Shown here: piece after piece, positions 30,120 to 39,397 of the stretch
How positions within the stretch are numbered: position 1 is the first letter of the stretch
Layout of the letters: each line of letters begins with the position of its first letter
Origin: an uncultured Chloroflexia bacterium
Lineage (GTDB): Bacteria; Chloroflexota; Anaerolineae; Anaerolineales; E44-bin32
Assembly (NCBI GenBank): GCA_963727915.1
Contig: CAVSID010000001.1
Coordinates: 124,954 to 188,953 of the forward strand
Direction of reading: 5' to 3'
Length of the DNA stretch: 64,000 nucleotides
Notes under the pieces: model-generated
What the model was told of the DNA's origin: nothing
Database searches by the model: none
What the model saw: only the letters and a program-made list of their open reading frames with translations
Position numbers and translations under genes: made by a program

Positions 30120-31101
30120 TCAAGCCATCGTCAAGGCCATCACGGCCTTTTGGGCATGCAGTCGGTTTTCGGCTTCGTCGAACACAACGCTGTGGGGGCC
30201 ATCGATGACGCCATCGGTGACTTCGATGTTGCGGTCGGCCGGAAGCGGGTGCATGTAGATGGCATCTGACTTGGCCAAAGCCATCTTCTTCTCATCCGTG
30301 ATCCAGTCCTTGTACCGATCCTGGATCTCCTTGCCCTTCTCCGAGTCCGTCGTCGTCAACAGCGGCCCCCAGGACTTGGCATAGACCACGTCGGCGTCTT
30401 TGAAGGCCTCTTCCATATTGTCGGTTACTTCGAAGCCTGTGCCAAACCGCTTGGCCTGCTCCCGTGCCTGGTCCATGATGTCCGGCATCAGCTTGAACTC
30501 CGGCGGATGGGCGAGAGTGATGTCCAGGCCGAAGCGCGGCATTTGCAGGATCAAAGATTGAGGCACCGAGATCGGCTTCAGATACGACGCAGCGTAGGCC
30601 CACGAGACGACCATCTTCTTCTTGCGCAGATCGCGGCCCTTCTTTTCGATGATTGTCATCAGATCGGCCAGGATCTGATGGGGGTGGTAGAAGTCACACT
30701 GCATGTTGAGCACGGGCACACGTGAGGCTTCAGCCACAAGGTTCAGGTAGCGGTTGCCGATCCCCCAGTCGACGTGCCGGATGGCGATGCCGTCGAAATA
30801 GCGGCCGAAGATCTCGCCCATCTCCTTCTCGGTGTCACCGTGGGCGATCTGGGTTGTCCGCGAATTCGATAAATGCCGCGTGGCCGCCCAACTGCGCCAT
30901 GCCGGCTTCGAATGAACCCCGCGTGCGTGTGCTGCTGAAGAAGAACAGCATCGCCAGCACCTTGTCGCGCAGATAAGCGTGCGGCTCACCCAATGCCCGT
31001 TTGCGCTTGAGGTCAAACGCCACGTCGAGGACAGTCTCCACCTCTTCGCGACTGAAATCGAGGTCGCTGATCAGATCGCGACCGCGCAGATTGGTTTGCA
31101 T
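30120..31101 (-). CDS. ygeW: YgeW-type (knotted) carbamoyltransferase family protein. Frame break near 30855.
   Basis: The N-terminal ORF 30835..31101 has FFSSTRTRGSFEAGMAQLGG. The C-terminal ORF 30120..31016 has QIAHGDTEKE, VLNMQCDFYHPHQILADL, VSWAYAASYLKPISVPQS, RFGLDITLAHPPEF and MEEAFKDADVVYAKSWGP. These match E. coli YgeW blocks (SQIAHGETV, LVNLQCDIDHPTQ, WAYSPSYGKPLSVPQ, RFGMDVTLAHPEGY, MEEAFKDADIVYPKSWAP), recalled from memory. Confidence 0.8.
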
Positions 31102-31161
31102 GCTTTCCTCCTGCTTCCGACTTGAGCCCCGGAGATTGCACCCCAGGGCCGTCGCCGTCCG

Positions 31162-32112
31162 CTACTCCATCATCCCCAGGACCAATGCCAACAAGGACAT
31201 GCGCATGACGACGCCGTTGAACGCCTCCACCCAGTAGCGGGCGTGGCGGGTGGCGTCAACCTCTGGCAGGAGCTCGTCCATCCGAGGCAGCGAATGCAGG
31301 ATGATCGAGTCCGGCTTGGCCTGCTTCATGACGTCCAGAGTGACCTGGTAGTTGGCCGGTGTGAGGCCGACGTCGCCGGATCGCTCGTCGCGCGCCTTGG
31401 TGTAATCCGGCTGCACAACCGGCTCCATGTAGATCACATCGGCGTCAGCGATGGCGTCCTTGATGTGATCGACTTCCCGATAGCGTAGGTTGCTTTTGTC
31501 GATCTCGGCCTTGAACTCGTCGGTGAGCGACATCTCGGGGGGCGAGATATAGGTGGCTTCAATGTCGAATTGCGACATGGCGTAGCTCATGGAATGCATG
31601 GTCCGCATGCGCATGTCACCCACCAACAGGAAATGCAAGCCATCCAGCGTGCCCCGCTCCTTGTAGATGGTGTACATATCGGTCAGGACCTGGGTGGGAT
31701 GTTCTCCCCACCCATCGCCAGCATTGATGACGGGAACGCTCGCCCAGCGGGCGGCCTCAGCCGGCGCCCCCTGCTGGAAGTGGCGCATTACGATCACATC
31801 ACCATAGAACTCCAGCATATGGACGGTGTCCTTGATCAACTCCTGGTAGAAGTCGCCGGCGCGTGTGTTCTTGACATCTGCGAAACCGAGCACATGGCCT
31901 CCCAGACGATGCATGGCGGCTTCGTGGGCCATCCGGGTCCGGGTGCTGGGCTGGTAGAAGGCCGTCAGCATGATCTTTTGGGCCAACAGATCGGTGTTGC
32001 GTCGATCGCGGGCAAACGGCGCCAACTCGTCGGCCACCTCGAATACCCGGAAGTACTCTTCACGTTCAAATTCCTTGAGCGACAGGATGTCGCGGCCAGC
32101 AAAACTGCGCAT
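31162..32112 (-). CDS. Aspartate-carbamoyltransferase-like (PyrB-like) paralogue, probably with a different second substrate
   Basis: The intact 316-aa ORF has STRTR, MHRLGG, VMRH, GEHPTQ, GDMRMRTMHS and HSLPRMDEL. However, it reads VIYMEPVVQPDY where E. coli PyrB has ILYMTRVQKERL (Arg229/Gln231), and it has no GKKGE lysines. Confidence 0.75.
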   Translation of the reverse strand: MRSFAGRDILSLKEFEREEYFRVFEVADELAPFARDRRNTDLLAQKIMLTAFYQPSTRTRMAHEAAMHRLGGHVLGFADVKNTRAGDFYQELIKDTVHMLEFYGDVIVMRHFQQGAPAEAARWASVPVINAGDGWGEHPTQVLTDMYTIYKERGTLDGLHFLLVGDMRMRTMHSMSYAMSQFDIEATYISPPEMSLTDEFKAEIDKSNLRYREVDHIKDAIADADVIYMEPVVQPDYTKARDERSGDVGLTPANYQVTLDVMKQAKPDSIILHSLPRMDELLPEVDATRHARYWVEAFNGVVMRMSLLALVLGMME

Positions 32113-32177
32113 CTCGCTATCTCCTCTATTCTCGAATAACGCTCTTCATCGATCGGAAGACGCCTCACGCGTCAATA

Positions 32178-32193
32178 TGTGAAATATCTCACA
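32178..32193. promoter_or_regulatory. Perfect palindrome TGTGA-N6-TCACA (candidate operator) upstream of the carbamoyltransferase operon
   Basis: tgtgaaatatctcaca sits in a local AT-rich patch about 66-81 nt upstream of the ATG at 32112. A second palindrome, TATTC-tc-GAATA, lies at 32127-32138 next to the SD. Confidence 0.45.
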
Positions 32194-32224
32194 AGTCGCC
32201 GAAATTGCCGCCTCCTCCCTCGAC

Positions 32225-32973
32225 TCACCTCGCTTGTTCCACCCGGCGTACCACATGAAAGCGGAAAGTGCCGGGCAAGAAATAACTCCGCGAATGGTCA
32301 ACAACTCGACCGGATAAGTCGTACAGGCAGGCTTCCAGATACAACAGTACGTCGCCGCGCTGAATGCCGAGGCTCCTGGCGATCTTCGGGGTGGCGGTGG
32401 TGGCTGTGATCTCCGCCTGCGAGCGATCGAGCTCCGGTTCGCCACGCTTTTGCAGGATCTCGAGCACAGAACCGCCAAAGTTGTCCTGAAGCGATTCGGC
32501 AGAAAGAATGTCCTGCGGGACGCTGTCCACAAGGTAGGCGACTGGCCGGCCTTTGGCGACAATCACGCGGGAGACGTCGACCACGTGCTCCCCTTGCGGG
32601 GTCTGGAGCGGGCTCCCATCCGGCCCTTCGACCCGACGCACGCTGACTTCCAGGTCTTTCATCTCGACCGTCATCCCCATGCGGGATGCCAGAGCCTGGA
32701 TGCTGGTGAGAACCTCCAGGCCCGTCTCAATCACCTGCGGCGGCTCTACGACATACGTTCCGACACCCTGTCGTCGAACCACGCGCCCCTTGGCTTCGAG
32801 CGGCCGCATGGCTTCCCGAAGGGTGGCGCGGGACACTCCCAGCTTCTTGGCCAGATCAGGCTCGGACGGAAGGAAGGTGCCGGGGGAAAGCCCGGCCAGC
32901 ATGGCCTCCAAGGCATCGGCTGTCTTCTGGTACAGGGGCCGGGTCCGCTTGACTTCGCTGTTCTGCGTGCCAA
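32225..32973 (-). CDS. GntR-family transcriptional regulator, HutC subfamily (wHTH + UTRA). The N-terminal frame is uncertain.
   Basis: RPLYQKTADALEAMLAGLSPGTFLPSEPDLAKKLGVSRATLREAMRPLEAKGRVVRRQGVGTYV, then a UTRA-like C-terminus. The only SD-preceded start (TTG at 32973, after GAGGAG) is one frame off, which implies another indel near 32950. Confidence 0.8.
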
Positions 32974-32974
32974 G

Positions 32975-34782
32975 CTAATTCTCCTCTTCAGCCACAACCG
33001 GGATGACGGCGAAGGTCTCCACATCCACCAGGCCGCGATCAGAAATGCGCAATTCGGGGATCACCACCAGGGCCAGCAAGCTGAGCTGCATGTTGGCGTT
33101 GTTCAGGCTGCAACCGCAGGCCTTCATGGCCGCCAGGACCAATTCGGCCTTGTCGGCCACGACCTCGGCGCGCTCGTCGGACATCAAGCCGGCAATGGGC
33201 AGCTCGACCAGTGCCTGGACTATCGCCATCGCGCACGACGATTTGTCCGCCGCCGATACGGGCCAATTCGTTGGCGGCCACCGCCATGTCTTCATCGCTC
33301 GTGCCCACAATCAGCATATGGTGGGAGTCATGCGCCACGGTGGACCCAAAGGCACAGGGCAGGTTGATCCCGAAGCCCTGCACGAAGCCCACCTGCACTT
33401 CGCCGGTTCCACGATGGCGTTCAACAAGCGCCACCTTGGCAACATCTTGATCCTTGTCGATCAGCACGTTGCCCTGCGCCACCGGCAGGTGCAGGCGCAG
33501 ATGACGAGTCGGCGCCTGGTTCTCGATGACGCCGATGACATTCGACTTCGACCTTGTCGTGGCCCCGGGTGCGGCACAGCGAAATCGTCCGCCGTCAACT
33601 GGCCGCCCGAGCCGGACCGAAGCCTTGACCTCGGCCGGGTAGCTGAACGGGGGCACATCCAGACAGCAGCTCGCCCCTGGCTGGCAGCCATCCGGCCCCG
33701 AGCGATGACTTGATCTGCCCGGAAGTCATGCAGGTCACGGACCAGTACGATGTCCGCATAGCGGCCGGGAGCGATCTGGCCGATGTCGCGTGCCAGCCCA
33801 AAATGCTCGGCCGGATTGAGCGTTGCCATCTGCAGGGCGACCATCGGATCGAGGCCCTGATCGATCGCGTGCCGCACGACGCGATCCATATGGCCGTCGT
33901 GCACCAGGGTGCCGGAGTGAGAATCGTCGGTCACCAGGATGAAGTGCCGCGGATCCAGCCCCATGCTCGGTGATCGCCGGGAGCTGGCTGGCGACGTCAT
34001 ACCAGGCCGAGCCCAGACGAAGCATGGCTTTCATCCCCTGCCGGACCCTGGCCACGGCGTCCTCGAGCCGCGTTGCCTTCATGATCGTCTTCCGGGCCCC
34101 CGGCGACGTAGCCATGGAACGGGAGCCCGAGATCGAGCGCGGCGTAGTGGCCCCCAATGACCTTGCCCGCCTGCCGCGTGCGCGCCATCTCGGCGTGCAT
34201 CTTCTCGTCGCTGTTGAACACGCCGGGGAAGTTCATCATCTCGCCCAGCCCAATGATCCCGGGCCAGGTCATGGCCTCAGCCACATCGTCCGGCCCCAAC
34301 ACAGCGCCCGGCGTTTCAAGGCCGGGCGCGGACGGGACACAGGAGGGCATTTCAACCCAGACATGGACCGGCTGGAGGGCGGCTTCATCCACCATCATCC
34401 GCACGCCCTTCAGACCGAACACATTGGCGATTTCGTGCGGGTCAACGAACATCGCCGTCGTCCCATGCGGCAGGACGGCCCGCACGAACTCCGTCACAGT
34501 CACCATGCCCAATTCGACGTGCATGTGCCCGTCGATCAGGCCGGGGACCAGATACCGGCCATCGGCTTCGACGATCCGCGTGTCGGGGCCCAGGCAATGC
34601 CGGCTGCCTTGGCCGACGTAGGCGATGCGCTCGCCCTTGATGGCGACGTCAATGTCATCGATGATTTCGCCCGATTGGACACACACCCAATTCCCCTCAC
34701 GAACAATCACATCGGCCGGTGTGCGCCCCATGGCGACATCGGTCAATTCACGCGAGATTTCGCTCCAATCCCGGTCCGGCAT
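32975..34782 (-). CDS. ade: Adenine deaminase (amidohydrolase). At least 5 frame breaks.
   Basis: Fragments 33997..34782 (VPGLIDGHMHVE...VDPHEIANV), 33735..34157 (TRLEDAVARVRQGMKAMLRLGSA), 33461..34000 (FILVTDDSHSGTLVHDGHMD...ALQMATLNPAEHFGL), 33039..33656 (VALVERHRGTGEVQVGFVQGFG...GSTVAHDSHHMLIVGTSDEDMAVAAN) and 32975..33310 (LPIAGLMSDE...) line up in the order expected for Ade. Confidence 0.85.
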
Positions 34783-36202
34783 GCAAACACCTCGTGAAAA
34801 CCAAGGACAAAGCGGCCGAGATCAGTCGCCCACGCACAGAGCTCGAGGCCGCCCGATTGTGTTTTTCGATCAGGATGTCCATGTCAACTCCGGTCACCCG
34901 GCCCTGCTCGACGACCGGTCTGTCCATGGACGTAGTTGAATGCCACGTTGGTTGGCGAACAAAACACCGCCGCCGCCACGGGATCGTGCAGGCCCCCGGC
35001 ATAGGCGATTTGACTCAGATCCAGACCGATGAAATCGGCGCACATGCCCGGCGCCAACGCCCCGATGTCCTCTCGCCCAAGCACGGCCGCCCCGCCAAGT
35101 GTGGCCATCTCCAGCACCTGCCGGGCGGTCAGCATGCCCTCCCCCGGATCGGTCTCGGGTGATATCGCCGAGCCGACGCGCGAAAGGAGCATCGCCTGGC
35201 GTGCTTCCGCCAGCAGATGCGAACTGTCGTTGCTGGCCGAGCCATCCACCCCCAGCCCGACATCAACGCCGGCCCGCCGATAGCGCCTGACCGGCGCCAG
35301 CCCACTCGCCAGCCGCATGTTGGAGCCCGGGCAGTGGGCCACCCCGCTTCCGACGTCTGCCATGCGGCCTACTTCTCCGGGTTGATGTGCACCGCATGGG
35401 CGAACCACACGTCATCGCCCGCCCAATCCAGCGCCTCCACAAAGCCAGCGGCCGGTGGCCGAAGGCCTCCAGGCAGAAGGACTCTTCGTCCAAGGTCTCA
35501 GCCAGGTGCGTGTGCAAGTGCACGCCAGCCGACCTGGCCAAGTGCGGCCGATTGGCGCATCAGGTCAGGGGTCACCGAGAACGGTGAGCACGGCGCCACC
35601 ACCACCTGGACCATGGCGCCCGGTTCGGGTTGGTGGTAGCTCTCGATCACCCGCTGCGTGTCGCGCAGGATTTCGTCTTCATCTTCCACCACTCGATCCG
35701 GCGGCAGGCCGCCCTGGCTCTCGCCCAGACTCATCGACCCACGCGAGGCGTGCAGCCTCAGACCGATGTCCTGGGCAGCAAGGATTTCATCGTCCAACCG
35801 GCAGTCATTGGGGAAGATGTACAGGTGATCCGAGGCGGTCGTGCAGCCGGAGAGCGCCAGCTCTGCCAAGCCAAGCTGGGTGGAAAGGCGGATGTGTTCC
35901 GCCGACATCCGCGCCCAGATCGGGTACAGCGTCTTGAGCCAGCCGAAGAGGTTGGAATCCTGGGCTGCCGGGACAGCCCGCGTGAGAGTTTGATACAGAT
36001 GGTGATGGGTGTTAATCAGGCCGGGCAACACCAGGTGGCCCTGGGCGTCGACCACAACATCCGCCACGCCGGGCAGTTGGTCGGACGGGCCGACCTGCTC
36101 GATCCACCCATCCCTGGCGAATAGCCCACCGTTGGCGATCTCCCGACGCTCCTCGTCCATGGTAACCATGACCGAGGCGTTGCGGACCAGAAGCGTAGGC
36201 AT
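34748..36202 (-). CDS. 8-oxoguanine-deaminase-like amidohydrolase (guanine/chlorohydrolase group). At least 4 frame breaks. The true stop may be at 34822.
   Basis: Fragment 35498..36202 reads MPTLLVRNASVMVTMDEERREIANGGLFARDGWIEQVG...PGLINTHHHLYQTLTR...LFGWLKTLYPIW...HASRGSMSLG. Fragment 35263..35541 reads GVHLHTHLAETLDEE. Fragment 34884..35408 reads VAHCPGSNMRLASG...GLGVDGSASND. A C-terminal piece lies in 34748..35002. Confidence 0.75.
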
Positions 36203-36226
36203 GGCGCCTCCTGGGAATGTAGATTC

Positions 36227-36268
36227 AGTCTAGCACCGGCGAGATACGGCGTCAATTGTCTGACAATT
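36227..36268 (-). promoter_or_regulatory. Candidate promoter (TTGACG - 17 nt - TGc TAGACT) overlapped by the perfect palindrome AATTGTC-n-GACAATT
   Basis: The reverse strand reads ttgAATTGTCaGACAATTGACGccgtatctcgccggtgcTAGACT. -35 is at 36250-36255, -10 at 36227-36232, and the palindrome at 36254-36268. It lies 25-65 nt upstream of the ATG at 36202. Confidence 0.5.
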
Positions 36269-37196
36269 CAACCTACATATGACATTCGTCCCCATCTCGG
36301 CGGGGCAGATCTCAGCTTACGGAGGCGCGCTGCGGCGGCTTTCAGGGTGCTCTGAAGCAGCATGGCAATCGTCATTGGGCCGACGCCGCCAGGCACGGGC
36401 GTGATCGCCCCGGCCACTTCCAGGGCCTCGTCGAAGGCCACATCGCCCGCCAGGCGATAGCCCTTCTCGCGGGTCGGATCGTCGACGTGGTTGATCCCCA
36501 CATCGATCACAAACGCACCGGGTTTGATCCAATCGCCACGGATCATCTCCCCTCGCCCGATGGCGGCGATCAGCACATCCGCCCGTCGGCACACGGCGGG
36601 AAGGTCCTGCGTACGGGAGTGGCAGATCGTGACCGTGGCATTTTCGCGCACCAGCAGAAGGGACACGGGCATGCCCACGATATTGGAGCGACCGACGACG
36701 ACGGCATTGGCGCCCTCCAACTTGAGCTCCAGCGTGCCTGAGCAGTTCGATGCAGCCCGCCGGGGTGCAAGGAACGAAGGACGGCTCCCGGCCCTTCTGC
36801 GCCAACCGGCCGAGGTTGACCGGATGGAACCCGTCCACATCCTTGTCCACGCTGACCGTATTCAGCACCGCCTCTTCGTCGTTGCCCGGCGGGAGGGGAA
36901 GCTGGACCAAGATGCCGTTGCACGCGCTGATCAGCGTTCAGATCTCGGATGAGCTGAATGATCTTCTCTTGCGGCGTGTCTGCCGGAAGCTCATGATGGA
37001 AGGACACGATCCCGGCTTCTTCGCACGCCTTGCGTTTGGAGCGCACATAACTGTGCGAGGCTGGGTCATCGCCCACCAGCACCGTTGCCAAACCGGGCTT
37101 GGGCATGCCTTTGGCCTCGAGCGCCGCTACCTGGCGGGCCACATCGGCTCGAATCTCAGCCGCCAGGGCCGTTCCATCGATCAATTTCGCAGTCAT
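36268..37196 (-). CDS. folD: Bifunctional 5,10-methylene-THF dehydrogenase / 5,10-methenyl-THF cyclohydrolase FolD (frame breaks near 36918 and 36729)
   Basis: [19 protein letters not shown]...[30 protein letters not shown], then GILVQLPLP...[12 protein letters not shown]...[11 protein letters not shown], then [18 protein letters not shown]...[15 protein letters not shown]. These lie in three successive frames. Confidence 0.9.
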
Positions 37197-37229
37197 GTTC
37201 TTCACCTTCTTGGTTGGGGCGTGGCGCAG

Positions 37230-39251
37230 TCAGGGCCGCCACGCCGCGTCAAAGTTGAGCCCGGTGTGCGATGTCAGAACGGTGTAGTTGGCACAACTTG
37301 ACGTGACCATGGCGATTTCGTGATCGACACCGGTTGGCCACGTTTCAAACGCCAGCCACTGCCCGTCGGGGGACCAGGCCGGCTCTCCCATGGGTTGAAC
37401 CGAGAGAGGGCCTTCAGGGCAAATGCGCGAACTCTGGCGCGCCTTCCTTGTACTGCATTGCCACCAGGCGCGATACGCCTCCGACAACCTGATCAAATGC
37501 CAGGTACTTACCGTCTGGCGACCAGCTGGGTTGAGAATCCTCCCTCTCCCCACTGCGTGAGAAGCGCACGGGGGCTCCCCCAGAAGACGGCATGATCCAC
37601 ACCTCCGCCACCTTATTTCGGACGGAGGTGAAGACGATCTGACTCCCCGACACCGACCAGCTGGGATCGCTGTCGGAAGCACGGTTGTCGCTCAAGTTCG
37701 TGCGCCCCGATCCGTCCAGGTTCATGACATAGATCTGGGGTCGGCCGTCTTCTAGCGACGTGAAGGCAACCTTGTCACCTGTGGGCGACCACGCCGGATC
37801 GAAGTCGCCCCCCGGTGCCGAGGCCAGGATGCGCAACCCTGTGCCATCCGTGTTGATGATCCAAACGCTTGAGCCTGGATACTGGCTGCGGTTGGACCGA
37901 CAGGGCGAGGTGAACGCCAGCTGGCTTCCCGTCGGGGACCATGCCGGCTGGCAAGCGCCATCGGACAGGTTAGTGACCTTCCGGACGCCGGTGCCATCGA
38001 CATTCATGATGTACACCTGCGGCAGTCCGTCCCGGTTTGAAGCAAACGCCAATTGGCCGACCCCACCCCCAGGCGGTGTGGGAGTCGGGGCTTGGACTTG
38101 CGTCGGCTGAACCACTGCAACTGTCGAAGTGGGCACGCCGCCTGTCCCTGGCTGTGTAGCCTCCGGCGTGCCTTCGCCTGGCTGCCCAGCCTGAGTGGCG
38201 ATGCCGCCTCCCGTCGTCGCCGAGGGGTTGGTGCGGCCCTGCCCGAGCCCGGGCAGAGCATAGATCGCCCCGGCCAAGATTGTGAAGCCTGTCACAATCA
38301 ACAGGCCATAGACGGGCCAGCGGCGCCGCTCGGGTCTTGGCTTGAATGCCGGCACCGGCGACTGGCCGACCACCGTCTTGGCGGGGGGCACGATCGTTCG
38401 CTCGAGATAGGGATAACCCTTAGTGTTGGCCGGGCTGGTGGCCGAGCCGCTGGCCGCCAGGGCCGCAGCGAACTCGCTCATGGATCTGGAAACGCTCATC
38501 CGGGTCCAACGCCAGGCCCCGCTCGATTGCCCGCGACAGTGCGGCCGAGACTTTTGGATTTCGCCGGCGAATCGGAGTCAGCATCGCGCCGGCCCATGGC
38601 CCGCTCGAGCGAATCCTCGGGAATGGATGCCGTAAGCGCGGTATATAGCGTTGCCGCCAGGGCATAGATATCGGTCCGCGGGTCTGTCCGGCCGGCGCCA
38701 TACTGCTCCGGGGGCGAAAATCCCGGTGTCATTGCCTTGGCGCCGGTGGTGGTGCTCCCGCTCTCCTCGAGCACTTTGGCCAGACCGAAGTCCACCAAGA
38801 CAGCCTCGTTATCGGGTGTGATCTTGATGTTTCCAGGCTTGATGTCCCGGTGCACAATGGGGGGCGTGCGGGAATGGAGGTAGGCCAGCGCATCACAGAC
38901 TTCGACGAACCAGCTAACAGCCGTGTCTTCACTGACAGGCCCATCGCGTTCGAGCCGTTCGCGGAGATCCTCCCCCTCGATGAAATCCATCACAAGGTAC
39001 TGGCCCTCGCCTTCGATGACAAAGTGATCCGTCACGCGGGGCAGAGCAGCGTGACGGAGGCTGGCCAGTATGGTTGCTTCGCGTCGAAATTGCCGGGCGT
39101 ATTCTTCCGTTGTGAAGAGGTTTTCTTTGACGGCGACTTGGACCCCCAGGTTGATGTCAGTGGCACGGTAGACAGCGCCCATGCCGCCCTGGCCGAGGGT
39201 TTCTTCGATGCGGTAGCGTTGCCTCAGCATTTCGCCGACTTTTAGCGGCAT
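37230..39251 (-). CDS. Ser/Thr protein kinase with a TM segment and C-terminal PD40/TolB-like beta-propeller repeats (about 3 frame breaks: ~38590, ~38484, ~37430)
   Basis: The kinase core reads GQGGMGAVYRA...VAVKE...HRDIKPGNI...DFGLAK...TPGFSPPEQ. A TM segment follows (WPVYGLLIVTGFTILAGAIYAL). Then come repeated ...AWSPTG..LAFTS / PSWSPDGKYLAF motifs. Confidence 0.85.
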
Positions 39252-39397
39252 GCAGAATTCAACCCGTGGGTGGTCCGAGGTTCTCAGCGGTGGTTTGCGA
39301 GAGTATTGTAACGAATGGGGATGCTTTTGACCACCATCACGTGTTATTTGAGACGATTCTGTAAGTTCCCGGGAAGCTCCTCGTGTGTGTCGGTTGC

